This document shows, one piece after another, positions 17,408 to 26,702 of a stretch of DNA of 64,000 nt. Made by a program: the position numbers and the translations under genes. Origin of the DNA: an uncultured Gammaproteobacteria bacterium. GTDB lineage: Bacteria > Patescibacteriota > Patescibacteriia > UBA9934 > CAZDDW01. The notes under the pieces are model-generated. The model saw nothing but the letters and a program-made list of their open reading frames with translations, had not been told where the DNA came from and ran no database searches. How positions within the stretch are numbered: position 1 is the first letter of the stretch; the number at the start of each line of letters is the position of its first letter. Location: contig OZ246408.1 in NCBI GenBank assembly GCA_965231015.1, positions 396,488 to 460,487 on the forward strand, written 5' to 3'.

Positions 17408-18010
17408 GTGGAATCCGGACTGAATATCTGGTCCAAAGGTCTGCCTTACGGGGTGGCTAAAGTGGTAATACTCGCTGGTGACTATCAGCGAGTAACCGGT
17501 ACCCGTCTGGTTTGCAACCAAGCTCCATTTCTGCTCCTTTGCACTTTGGTGCAACTAGAGGTTCAAGATCCTGTGGCTTCGGCCGCGGCTTACCGAATTT
17601 TTTTCGGCATGGACTTTGTGCCTCATTCCACTACCGAGCTGACCGCTCGGCTTGGCGAGGAGGTGGTCGGTCTGATTCTTCGAGTCATTAATCCGTATAA
17701 CATGGGTCTTGAAAACGAAGAAGATGCGGCGCTTATGTTCTTTGATGACCTTGTGGAAATGAATGCCAACGAACAGACTGTGGCCGCGCTTATCGAGTTG
17801 GCTGAAATCATGAAATTGGTGCGCATGCTCACCAATTTTCCTGATCCGGACAAGAGCCGTTTCTGGGCTTTCACTCGACACAAGCCAGAGTTCATCAACT
17901 GGTATTATCAGGAGTTGATTCGATGGTTAGATCGAGCCGATGAACGTTTGATTCAGTTAATCCAAATCAACTACAAACATATCGAGCCAACTTTATTCAG
18001 CTCGAGCTAA
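17408..18010 (+). CDS. RelA/SpoT-type HD-domain-like protein, paralogue 3 (degenerate), GC-rich
   Basis: ELTARLGEEVVGLILRVIN / VAALIELAEIMKLVRML / PDPDK align to RSH EIEERFGPEVARLVDGVTK / RVILIKLADRLHNMRTL / RPDK. Confidence 0.45.
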   Translation: MESGLNIWSKGLPYGVAKVVILAGDYQRVTGTRLVCNQAPFLLLCTLVQLEVQDPVASAAAYRIFFGMDFVPHSTTELTARLGEEVVGLILRVINPYNMGLENEEDAALMFFDDLVEMNANEQTVAALIELAEIMKLVRMLTNFPDPDKSRFWAFTRHKPEFINWYYQELIRWLDRADERLIQLIQINYKHIEPTLFSSS

Positions 18011-18030
18011 CTCTCTTTGATGCCGCTGGC

Positions 18031-18639
18031 TTATGTCGCGGCTGATTTTTTTAATTGTTCTGTTAAGCGTTTATAGTCGGTCTCGGTTCCTTCCAACAGC
18101 CAATCAGTTTCATTCGTAAAGCGTTGGCAGAGCTTGTAATATTCTTTTCGCGTCTTTATCAGCTCTACTCCTAAGTCTTGAGCCAGGGCTTCAAGTTCAA
18201 TTTGAGTCTGTTTTAAGGTGTCCTCATCAGTCATTTTTTCGATTTCCAAATATGCGATGTTTCCGGCTCGAACCAGCGCCACCAGAACTCCGTTTCCAAA
18301 GTCAAGGTTATGCGTTTCGCGTTCACCAACTTTAGCTGAATCCCAATCAAACTGACGAAAAACTCGAGCCATACCCACCAATTCATCTGCGCTAATAGTT
18401 TGTTCGGTTTCAACCCTATCTGCGGCGTGATGATCGCCGCGTTTTAATACGACCTCATATTCGCCATTGGTGACTCGAACGCGCAAATCATAGTCACCGT
18501 TATTTGAGCGACGAAAAAACATGACCGAGAGGCGGTCAGTTCGGTTTAAGTATTGACCTTTTGATTTGAGAGTCTCGAGCAGGGAGTCAAAGTTTTTTGA
18601 TTCCACTACCGCCCGAATTTCACATTCAATGTTGTTCAT
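18031..18639 (-). CDS. CYTH-domain protein (CyaB/thiamine-triphosphatase-like)
   Basis: N-terminal ExExR and C-terminal ExExK motifs typical of CYTH; start at MNNIECEIRAV. Confidence 0.45.
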   Translation of the reverse strand: MNNIECEIRAVVESKNFDSLLETLKSKGQYLNRTDRLSVMFFRRSNNGDYDLRVRVTNGEYEVVLKRGDHHAADRVETEQTISADELVGMARVFRQFDWDSAKVGERETHNLDFGNGVLVALVRAGNIAYLEIEKMTDEDTLKQTQIELEALAQDLGVELIKTRKEYYKLCQRFTNETDWLLEGTETDYKRLTEQLKKSAAT

Positions 18640-18705
18640 ACTACGCACAATATAGCAAAAATATGATATAATACAAATCATTATAATATTAACTTTGGAG
18701 GAAGT

Positions 18706-19881
18706 ATGAAAAAAATTCTTATTGGCTTAGCGCTAACCGCGCTTATTATGCCCATTTTTGTGTTTGCGGCTACCGAACATGTCAACGAGGAAGGAGTCAT
18801 GATTGGTCCTGAGGAAACCCTGGAAGGCAATCAGTACATGGCTAGCTCCAATATAACGGTTTACGGAACTGTGACCGGGGATCTAAACGCCGCCGCTGGA
18901 ATGGTTAATCTGTTCGGAAACGTACAGGGAAATGTTTTGGTGGCCGGTGGTATGATGAACATCGGTGGTGTGGTAGATGGTGATTTACGGGCAGTGGGCG
19001 GACAGTTGATTTTAAGCGGAGAAGTGCATGGAGATGTTTTAATGGCCGGAGGAAATATTATTATGCAGCCCGGGACTGTGATTGATGGTGATTTGTATGC
19101 GGCCGGTGGTAGTGTGATTATGACTGGGGTAGCAAATACCGGAGTCAATGTTGCTGGCGGAGCAGTGCTGCTTGGCGGTGTGGTTAACGGTGATGTATCC
19201 TTAACATCCGAAGAGCTTCAGATTATGGAATCTAGCACTATTAATGGCGACTTTTGGTATCGTTCCATGCAAGCAGTTGATTTGCCTGACGGAGTGGTGA
19301 GCGGAATGACTACTTTCGCACCTTATCCTGAAGCAGTGAAGCCTGTAGTAAACAGGGCCGGACACCTGGCCAAGGGCGAGGCAAAAACCGCAGCCGGTGT
19401 GTTTGGAGCCATGTTTGTTTTGTTTAAGATTATAATTTTGTTGATTGCGGTTTTGGTGTTAGTACTGGCTTTTCCTAAAAACACTACCAAGATTGTGAAA
19501 CAAAGTTATAAAGGATTTTGGATGAACTTACTTGTTGGTTTGGCCTTTATTTTTGCCACTCCGATCATTGCCGGAATACTGCTTTTCACTATGCTTGGAG
19601 CGTATGTCGGAATCCTTATTTTGGCGATCTGGCTGTTTGCCTTGCTTTTGTCCGCTCCGTTGGCACATATTCATTTTGGTTCTTTGCTTTTCAAATGGGC
19701 TAAAAAGGAAAAGGTTTATGCTGTGACGGTTGGTTCAGCTGTGGTGGGTTCATTAGTGTTGCAATCCTTGGCTCTGTTTCCATTCTTCGGCATCCTGCTG
19801 TGCCTGGTCTTTACGGCACTTGCTCTTGGATCAGAAATTCGTTACTTTTACGAATCGGTAATGAAGGTGGAAAAAGCCTAG
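18706..19881 (+). CDS. bactofilin-like beta-helix repeat protein with signal peptide and C-terminal multi-TM domain
   Basis: Repeated G-x-V/I-x-G-D/N-V/L units; hydrophobic C-terminal third. Confidence 0.5.
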   Translation: MKKILIGLALTALIMPIFVFAATEHVNEEGVMIGPEETLEGNQYMASSNITVYGTVTGDLNAAAGMVNLFGNVQGNVLVAGGMMNIGGVVDGDLRAVGGQLILSGEVHGDVLMAGGNIIMQPGTVIDGDLYAAGGSVIMTGVANTGVNVAGGAVLLGGVVNGDVSLTSEELQIMESSTINGDFWYRSMQAVDLPDGVVSGMTTFAPYPEAVKPVVNRAGHLAKGEAKTAAGVFGAMFVLFKIIILLIAVLVLVLAFPKNTTKIVKQSYKGFWMNLLVGLAFIFATPIIAGILLFTMLGAYVGILILAIWLFALLLSAPLAHIHFGSLLFKWAKKEKVYAVTVGSAVVGSLVLQSLALFPFFGILLCLVFTALALGSEIRYFYESVMKVEKA

Positions 19882-19882
19882 T

Positions 19883-20432
19883 ATGGGTAAGCTAACGGAC
19901 GAAGAAAAGGCGGTTATTGAAGATAAGGGAACCGAAGCACCGTTTTCTGGTGAGCATGATGATCATTGGGAAGAGGGTGTGTACGTCTGTAAAAAATGTG
20001 ACTTCAGGTTATGCCGGAGTAGGAAGGGAGAGGCCAAATTATGAATTGGTCTCGCCCGGCAACACTGATTTTGCTGAAGTGGTTGAGGTGGAATATGATC
20101 CGTCCGAAATTGAAATCGGGAAATTGCTCGAAATTTTTTTTACCGCCCACGACCCAACTCAAATTAATGGTCAGGGGAATGATATTGGTCCGCAGTATCG
20201 GTCTGTGTTTTTCTATACAAGCGAGGGACAACGAAAATCGGCCGAGAATTTTATTGACTCGATTCGAATGAATTATTCAAAACCGGTCGTGACTTAGGTA
20301 GAACCGCTTGATACTTTTCATCCGGCTGAGGAGTATTACCAAGATTATTACGCTCGCAATCTCAAAGAGGTTTATAGCCGCAATGTCATTGCTCCAAAAT
20401 TAGAAAAAGTGAAAAAGAAATTGGGAAATTAA
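19883..20432 (+). pseudogene. remnant msrB-msrA fusion (peptide methionine sulfoxide reductase), disrupted
   Basis: 53-aa MsrB N-terminus (KGTEAPFSGEH..EGVYVCKKCD) runs out of frame into an MsrA core (GYAGVG..NYE..YDPSEI..FFTAHDPTQ..GNDIGPQYRS) that lacks the GCFWG active site. An in-frame TAG at 20295-20297 replaces the conserved Glu of the PVVTEI motif. The C-terminal MsrA piece (FHPAEEYYQDYY) continues to 20432. Confidence 0.6.
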
Positions 20433-20500
20433 GCTTATTTTACTGCCTTATCCACAAAGATGAGGGAGAAATAAGCTATAATTATATAAAGGTCGTTAAT

Positions 20501-20722
20501 TTGAATAAAAATACAAATATGAAAATGAATGCTCTTGACTGGATCGCTGTGGTTTTAGTTATCGTTGGCGGTCTTAACTGGGGTCTGGTCGGTCTTTTCG
20601 ACTTTGATCTGGTTGCCACTATTTTTGGTGATATGTCCACTATCTCACGTGTGGTCTATACTTTAGTTGGTTTGTCAGCAGTATGGATGCTTGTCACTGC
20701 TAGCAAGATGGCTAAAAAATAG
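20501..20722 (+). CDS. DUF378 family small membrane protein
   Basis: 73 aa, two TM helices, typical DUF378 pattern. Confidence 0.6.
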   Translation: MNKNTNMKMNALDWIAVVLVIVGGLNWGLVGLFDFDLVATIFGDMSTISRVVYTLVGLSAVWMLVTASKMAKK

Positions 20723-20737
20723 TTTGTTAATAAAACA

Positions 20738-20775
20738 AGCCGCTGTCGGTATGCCGACGGCGGCTTTGTGGTTTA
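20738..20775. terminator. bidirectional intrinsic terminator
   Basis: GCCGCTGTCGG tatg CCGACGGCGGC with T-runs on both strands. Confidence 0.6.
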
Positions 20776-20780
20776 AGAGG

Positions 20781-21866
20781 TTAGCGGATCTCACGGATTG
20801 ATGCATCCCAGTGGTGGAAGTAGATGATGCTGGCCAGGTCATCAACCCAACTGACCACATGCAACCGGTTAGCGTCGACCATCGGTTGCAACTCAACCCG
20901 GTTCTCCACACTGATGGTGTCCGTTATGTAGACCCGGTCCACTGGACAGTCAGGTGTGGCAAAACGCTGTGGGGCGTTTTTGCAGAGCACCCCGTGCGTG
21001 ACCGCGGCCCACACCTCAGCGGCGTGGAAGTCCCCCTTGAGGAGCTTAGCGTTGTTGATGTTGGTGCCGCCGGTGGCGATCTCGTCATCGATCGTGATGA
21101 CGATTGCATCTCGAATGGCATCAGTGTCGCCGAACTTGGCCTTGGCCTCGCTCTTGGCGCTTGAGCTCCGCCGTTTGGCACCGTAGGTAACAGGCAGTTT
21201 GATTCCAAGTGTTTCTTCGATTTTCTCGAAGTCTCCCTCGACCCGCTTGGCCGCGCCGTCGTCAGGGAAGTCTAGAACGACCTTGGGATTGATTTGGCGA
21301 GCGTCTTCAATGGATTGAGCCAGTAGGCGTCGCACGAGCGACACCTCGGTGATGTGGCCGGGGTCAGCCGCCATGACTACTTGAGGAGCATGCAGGTCCA
21401 CACTGACCAACCGATCAAGCTGGCGGTTGTTGGCCTTGCTAGCCGCCTGCATCAGTTTCATAATGATCGGTGGCATCGCGAATTCGATTGAGCCCTCGTC
21501 TTTATCGGACCTACCAAGTGGGAAGTATCCACACACCACAGTGATACGCCCGGCTCGGTGACCAGCCAAGTACGAGAGCAAGATGAACATACGCATTAGC
21601 ATCTCGTAGGTGCCCGGACCTGAGGTTAGAACCACGCAGTCATGGCCACCAATGTGGTCCTTACCGAGCTGTACATAGGGTTCGCCACTCGAACGTTCCT
21701 TGAACCTGGGAGTGGCGATGTCGACTGGGGTTTTATGTTTGTTCCCATGGCCGTTGTTGCGCTCGATACGCTCCTTGATATCCGCGGCCATGCGTTCGTA
21801 CCCGGGCATGGGAACGAGCGTCAGGCCACCATTAACGTTGAAGTCACCGTGGTGGGGATCAGTCAT
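20781..21866 (-). CDS. divergent ribose-phosphate pyrophosphokinase (PRPP synthetase)-family protein, GC-rich
   Basis: VDLHAPQV and DDEIATGGT (PRPP-binding) motifs. The region equivalent to YARQDRK is degenerate. Start at MTDPHH after GAGGAGAG. Confidence 0.55.
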   Translation of the reverse strand: MTDPHHGDFNVNGGLTLVPMPGYERMAADIKERIERNNGHGNKHKTPVDIATPRFKERSSGEPYVQLGKDHIGGHDCVVLTSGPGTYEMLMRMFILLSYLAGHRAGRITVVCGYFPLGRSDKDEGSIEFAMPPIIMKLMQAASKANNRQLDRLVSVDLHAPQVVMAADPGHITEVSLVRRLLAQSIEDARQINPKVVLDFPDDGAAKRVEGDFEKIEETLGIKLPVTYGAKRRSSSAKSEAKAKFGDTDAIRDAIVITIDDEIATGGTNINNAKLLKGDFHAAEVWAAVTHGVLCKNAPQRFATPDCPVDRVYITDTISVENRVELQPMVDANRLHVVSWVDDLASIIYFHHWDASIREIR

Positions 21867-21929
21867 GACACTCTCCTCTTTCACGCCTATCTTATGCACT
21901 CCTTCTAAGGCTGTCAAATCTGATATAAT

Positions 21930-22550
21930 ATGCTCATGATTAATAAGATTATTCGTTCCAAACGCAAAACCTTAGCCCTTGAAATCTCGCCCCGTGGCGA
22001 GGTTATTGTTCGTGTTCCTAAGAGAGTCTCAGAACGCCAGATCAGGCGGTTTATCAACAATTCCGAGGCTTGGATTATCAAGAATAGGGCACAAATCTTG
22101 GCTAAATATAAGGACTCACAGAAAATATACGCAAATGGCGAGAAATTTCTGTTTTTAGGGCAATGGCAGCCTTTTGAATGGTTTGCTCCAGAACCGGTTG
22201 ATGATATCAAGTCACATTTTGAGGCTTGGTATAAACAAAAAGCCAAGGATATTATTCCGTCTCGCGTGCAGGTTCTGTCCTCGCTTCTTGGGTATGAATA
22301 TGGTAAGGTAAAAATAACTTCGGCCCGCCGTCAGTGGGGGTCTTGTTCAGGGGTTAACAACCTGAGTTTTGCCTGGCGCCTTGTCATGGCTCCACCCGAA
22401 TGTATTGATTATGTGATTATCCATGAACTGGTTCACACTATGCACAAACACCATGGTATATGGTTTTGGAAACGAGTGGAGCGAGCCGTGCCGGATTATC
22501 AAGACCACAGAAAGTGGCTTCGTGATAACGAACATTTGATGAATGTATAA
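21930..22550 (+). CDS. YgjP-like metal-dependent hydrolase (M48/DUF45 family)
   Basis: WGSC...HELVH motifs. Confidence 0.7.
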   Translation: MLMINKIIRSKRKTLALEISPRGEVIVRVPKRVSERQIRRFINNSEAWIIKNRAQILAKYKDSQKIYANGEKFLFLGQWQPFEWFAPEPVDDIKSHFEAWYKQKAKDIIPSRVQVLSSLLGYEYGKVKITSARRQWGSCSGVNNLSFAWRLVMAPPECIDYVIIHELVHTMHKHHGIWFWKRVERAVPDYQDHRKWLRDNEHLMNV

Positions 22551-22629
22551 GCAAGTCTGATTTCAGGATTTCTGTATTTCAAGATTTTTCAGAAAATTAT
22601 CAAATAATAAATTTTGAAATTTATATTTT

Positions 22630-23379
22630 GTGAGTCAATACTACAGCGTTCCAAGAACAAAAAATTTGTACACCTCTGGTAAGCCGTTTAAAGTTTCGAG
22701 AAGCAAGGTCGATCTTTTCTTAGAATGTCCACGTTGTTTCTGGCTGGATCGGGTAAAAGGAATCGGTCGGCCACCCGGCTTTCCGTTTAACTTAAACTCA
22801 GCCGTGGATCATTTGCTAAAAAAGGAGTTTGATGCGCACAGGGTTAAACAAAAAGCTCATCCTTTAATGAAAGCGTATGGATTGGAAGCTGTGCCATTTG
22901 AGCATAAGAATATGGATCAATGGCGGGAGAATTTTGTGGGGGTGCAGCATGTACATGAAGAAACGGGCTTAACGATTTTCGGGGCCGTGGATGATGTTTG
23001 GATGGATGTGTCAGGGGAGCTCATCGTGGTCGATTACAAAGCGACGGCCAAGGATGGGGAAGTGAATTTGAATGCCCCTTGGCAGATTGGCTACAAACGC
23101 CAGATGGAAATTTATCAGTGGTTAATGAGAAAAAACGGTTTTGAAGTTTCAGATACCGGATATTTTGTATATTGCAATGGTAAGCGAGACGCCGAGGCTT
23201 TCGATGGCAAACTAGAGTTCGACGTTGTTCTGTTGCCCTACACCGGTAAAGACACTTGGATCGAGGAAGCGATTCAGAAACTCTACGCCTGTTTAAATCA
23301 AAATACCATCCCCCTTCCAGAACCAGATTGCGATTATTGCCGGTATCGGGAGGCGGTACAAAAAATAAATAAATCCTAA
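22630..23379 (+). CDS. PD-(D/E)xK nuclease superfamily protein, Cas4/RecB-like with Cys cluster
   Basis: N-terminal CPRC, VVDYKAT motif, C-terminal C...CDYC. Confidence 0.6.
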   Translation: MSQYYSVPRTKNLYTSGKPFKVSRSKVDLFLECPRCFWLDRVKGIGRPPGFPFNLNSAVDHLLKKEFDAHRVKQKAHPLMKAYGLEAVPFEHKNMDQWRENFVGVQHVHEETGLTIFGAVDDVWMDVSGELIVVDYKATAKDGEVNLNAPWQIGYKRQMEIYQWLMRKNGFEVSDTGYFVYCNGKRDAEAFDGKLEFDVVLLPYTGKDTWIEEAIQKLYACLNQNTIPLPEPDCDYCRYREAVQKINKS

Positions 23380-23388
23380 GGAGGAAGT

Positions 23389-23886
23389 ATGAAAAAATTT
23401 TTAGAACTTATTGCCGCGATTGCGGTGTGTCAGGTCGCCGGGGTGCTCGGTTCAGTTTTTACTTCACAAACGGTGATTACCTGGTATCCGGAACTAATTA
23501 AACCTTCTTTTACTCCACCAAGTTGGGTTTTTGGCCCGGTTTGGATTACGCTTTATACACTCATGGGGGTTGCTCTGTGGTTGGTTTGGCAAAAGCGTGA
23601 GGTAAAAAAATGGTGGTACTGGGGAAAACGTAACGTGGCCACAGACACAGCTTTGGTTTTGTTTTTCATTCAATTGCTCCTAAATGTTCTCTGGTCAATC
23701 ATGTTTTTTGGACTGGAAAATCCATGGGCCGGGTTTATTGTGATTATTGAGCTCTTGGTATTTATTGTGCTTACTATCATTTGGTTCTGGCGGATAAATA
23801 AATTTGCCTCAATTTTACTTTGGCCTTATCTAGCCTGGGTTAGTTTTGCAACCTTGTTAAATCTGATGCTTGCTCTTCTTAACTAA
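23389..23886 (+). CDS. tspO: TspO/MBR family tryptophan-rich sensory protein
   Basis: 5-TM pattern and Trp-rich loops. Confidence 0.7.
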   Translation: MKKFLELIAAIAVCQVAGVLGSVFTSQTVITWYPELIKPSFTPPSWVFGPVWITLYTLMGVALWLVWQKREVKKWWYWGKRNVATDTALVLFFIQLLLNVLWSIMFFGLENPWAGFIVIIELLVFIVLTIIWFWRINKFASILLWPYLAWVSFATLLNLMLALLN

Positions 23887-23934
23887 GCCCGCTAAAAGCG
23901 GTATAATTACCTCGAAAATAATAAGCATAAAAAT

Positions 23935-26004
23935 ATGCCTGAAGAAGAAAAAAAACCGGTTGACTCAAAAGAGGAGACCGAACACGGCAAAAGTAAAGCA
24001 ACCATGTTCATTGTTATTGTGCTCGTGGTTCTTTTGCTTGGTGCAGGTGCGCTTTATTTTTATTTAGCCAGTATAGGTAAATTGGATGTGCCAACCTTCG
24101 GAGAAGTGGTGACGGATGTGGTAGACACAGCCAAAGATACAGTTAGTGGTAAACCAACCGGGGTAGCAAAATTTGCCTCGGAAGAGGAGTTTCAAAAATA
24201 CTTAACAGAATCCGAATCCCAATATTATGGTATGGGGCTTGGTATGATCAGCACAACCCGTTCAATGGGGCCAGAGGTCGGTTTTGAAGAGTTTGTCATG
24301 GATGACGCTACTGCCATGGCAGAAATGGGTTCCCCGGCCGGAATGGGCGGAGCTATTGAGGTTGACCGGGTAAGTGAAACCAATGTTCAAGTACAAGGAA
24401 TTGATGAGCCGGATATTGTAAAGACTGACGGACAAGAATTATTCTACTCACGTGAGGATTACTACTATTGGTATTATGAGGAAGATTACGGAGAAGAAAA
24501 TGCCACCAAACTTATTAAAGCCTTCCCACCGGAAGACATGGAACTGGATGGTGAAATTGAAGCTAATGGAAATTTGTTGCTTAGTGATGATGTGTTGCTC
24601 GTAATTGATTGGTATCAGGTTCAGGCTTTTGATGTATCAGACCCAACTAATCCGAAAGAGTTGTGGGAGATTGAATATGAAGATGCCAGTTATGAGACGG
24701 CCCGTTTGTTAGATGGCAAGTTTTACCTCGTAACAAGTTCCTGGGTAGACAGTTATGACCCTTGTCCGATCACCCCGCTTCGGGTGGATGGTAATGCGGT
24801 TGAGGTCGCTTGTACCGATATTTACCGGCCAAACGCCACCGTTCCTGTGGATACCACATATGATATTTTCGTGATTGATCCGACCACCGGAGAAGTGGAA
24901 AAGCAGGTCGATTTTGTGGGTTCATACGGAGACACTGTGGTCTACATGTCTGCCAATAATATTTATCTGACCTATTCATACACTGAAAGCATGCTGGATT
25001 TAATGGCTGACTTTTTAGAAAGTGAAGCGTACGATCTTTTAGATTCAAACACTCTGCAAAGAATCCGCAATCTGAAGGCCTATGAAATATCAGATCAGGC
25101 AAAGATGGTTGAGTTTACTGTGATTATGGAAGAGTATATGGCCTCGCTTGATGATGACGAACAACTACGGATTGAAAATGAGATGGCAGATCGAGCCGAT
25201 GATTATATCGAGGAGCACAAACGCGAATTGATGACAACAGGAATTGTGAAGATCAACAACGATGATTTGTCTATTAAAGCAACCGGTGAGGTGCCGGGTT
25301 ATCCGTTGAACCAATTTTCTCTTGATGAATATGACAACCATTTGCGAATCGCTACTACGGTTGGTGGTGGATGGTTCGGTTTTAGTGGTTCTTCTGAGAG
25401 TATCAATGACTTGTATGTGTTGGATCGCAACCTGAATCAAACCGGATCTGTGTTGGATCTTGGCGAAGGTGAAACGATTTACTCTGCCCGCTTCATTAAA
25501 GATGAGGGTTACATTGTCACCTTCCGGCAGATTGATCCGTTCTATGTGTTTGATCTTTCAGACCACAATAATCCAGAAAGAACCGGAGAATTGAAAATCC
25601 CGGGGTATTCTTCTTACCTGCACCCACTTGAAGACGATTTGATTCTTGGTGTTGGTCAGGAAGATTCTGAAGTGAAATTGTCACTCTTTGACGTGTCAGA
25701 TCCAGCTGATCCACAAGAAGTTGATAAATACTTACTTGATGAATACTGGTCAGATGTCTTAAATACTCACCACGCTTTTTTGCATGATCCAGAATTCGGA
25801 ATCTTCTTCCTGCCAGGTGGTGCTGGGGGATATATTTTTGGTTATGAAGATAATGATTTGACCCTTGAAAAAGCTATTGCTAACGTCACTGCCGAAAGAG
25901 CAATTTTCATCAACGACTACATGTATGTGATTGGTTTGGAAGAGATTGTGGTATTGGATGAAAATACCTGGGAGCGGGTGACAGAATTTGACCTAGTTGA
26001 TTAA
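23935..26004 (+). CDS. membrane-anchored extracellular protein with predicted beta-propeller domain
   Basis: N-terminal TM, 689 aa, acidic; family by recall only. Confidence 0.45.
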   Translation: MPEEEKKPVDSKEETEHGKSKATMFIVIVLVVLLLGAGALYFYLASIGKLDVPTFGEVVTDVVDTAKDTVSGKPTGVAKFASEEEFQKYLTESESQYYGMGLGMISTTRSMGPEVGFEEFVMDDATAMAEMGSPAGMGGAIEVDRVSETNVQVQGIDEPDIVKTDGQELFYSREDYYYWYYEEDYGEENATKLIKAFPPEDMELDGEIEANGNLLLSDDVLLVIDWYQVQAFDVSDPTNPKELWEIEYEDASYETARLLDGKFYLVTSSWVDSYDPCPITPLRVDGNAVEVACTDIYRPNATVPVDTTYDIFVIDPTTGEVEKQVDFVGSYGDTVVYMSANNIYLTYSYTESMLDLMADFLESEAYDLLDSNTLQRIRNLKAYEISDQAKMVEFTVIMEEYMASLDDDEQLRIENEMADRADDYIEEHKRELMTTGIVKINNDDLSIKATGEVPGYPLNQFSLDEYDNHLRIATTVGGGWFGFSGSSESINDLYVLDRNLNQTGSVLDLGEGETIYSARFIKDEGYIVTFRQIDPFYVFDLSDHNNPERTGELKIPGYSSYLHPLEDDLILGVGQEDSEVKLSLFDVSDPADPQEVDKYLLDEYWSDVLNTHHAFLHDPEFGIFFLPGGAGGYIFGYEDNDLTLEKAIANVTAERAIFINDYMYVIGLEEIVVLDENTWERVTEFDLVD

Positions 26005-26702
26005 TGGAACCAGTTCGCATAAACAAGTATTTGGCTACGGCCGGTTACTGTTCTCGCCGCCAGGCAGACCGGATGATTGAGGCTGGCCAAGTCAAGATTA
26101 ACGGAAAGCGAGCCAAGCTTGGTGATCAAGTTAAAGAAGGAGACAGGGTTCAGGTGCCGGGTCAGACATTGGAATTAGAACAGGAAAAAATTTACCTTCT
26201 TTTTAACAAACCGGTCGGGGTGATTACGACCACGGATCCGACCGCCAAAAACAATATTATTAACGCAGTCAATTCGCCCGATCGGTTGTTTCCGGTCGGG
26301 CGGCTTGATGTGGCTTCGTCAGGACTCATTATTCTGACCAATGATGGTGAGCTCGTAAACAAAGTTTTGAAAGCAGAAAACAAGATTGAAAAAGAATATT
26401 TGGTGGCAGTAGATAAAAAGATCACACCAACTTTTCTCGAGACCATGGAACATGGAGTAAACATTGGTAGTAAAACCAAAACTTTGCCGGCCGAGATTAA
26501 AAAGATTAATGATCGTACGTTCACGATTACGATTGTGGAAGGACGCAAACGTCAGGTGCGTCGGATGTGTGAAAACTTGGGTTATGAAGTTGAGGGGTTG
26601 AGTCGAATCAGAATTGGGGGACTGAAACTTGGTAAGTTGGAACCTGGAAAAAGTAAGCGGATTGCCGAGAAAAAGATTAAACATCTGCTAACAATCAAAT
26701 GA
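26004..26702 (+). CDS. rRNA pseudouridine synthase (RsuA/RluB family), S4 domain + catalytic Asp
   Basis: S4 motif at the N-terminus; GRLDVASSGLIILTNDG. Confidence 0.8.
   Translation: MEPVRINKYLATAGYCSRRQADRMIEAGQVKINGKRAKLGDQVKEGDRVQVPGQTLELEQEKIYLLFNKPVGVITTTDPTAKNNIINAVNSPDRLFPVGRLDVASSGLIILTNDGELVNKVLKAENKIEKEYLVAVDKKITPTFLETMEHGVNIGSKTKTLPAEIKKINDRTFTITIVEGRKRQVRRMCENLGYEVEGLSRIRIGGLKLGKLEPGKSKRIAEKKIKHLLTIK

Noticed and set aside
20781-23379. Defence island hypothesis (Prs-like + YgjP metallohydrolase + Cas4-like nuclease)
   Set aside because: No recognisable defence hallmark (no methyltransferase, helicase or ATPase partners). The genes are divergently arranged and each has a plausible standalone housekeeping role. 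Kept only as a weak note.
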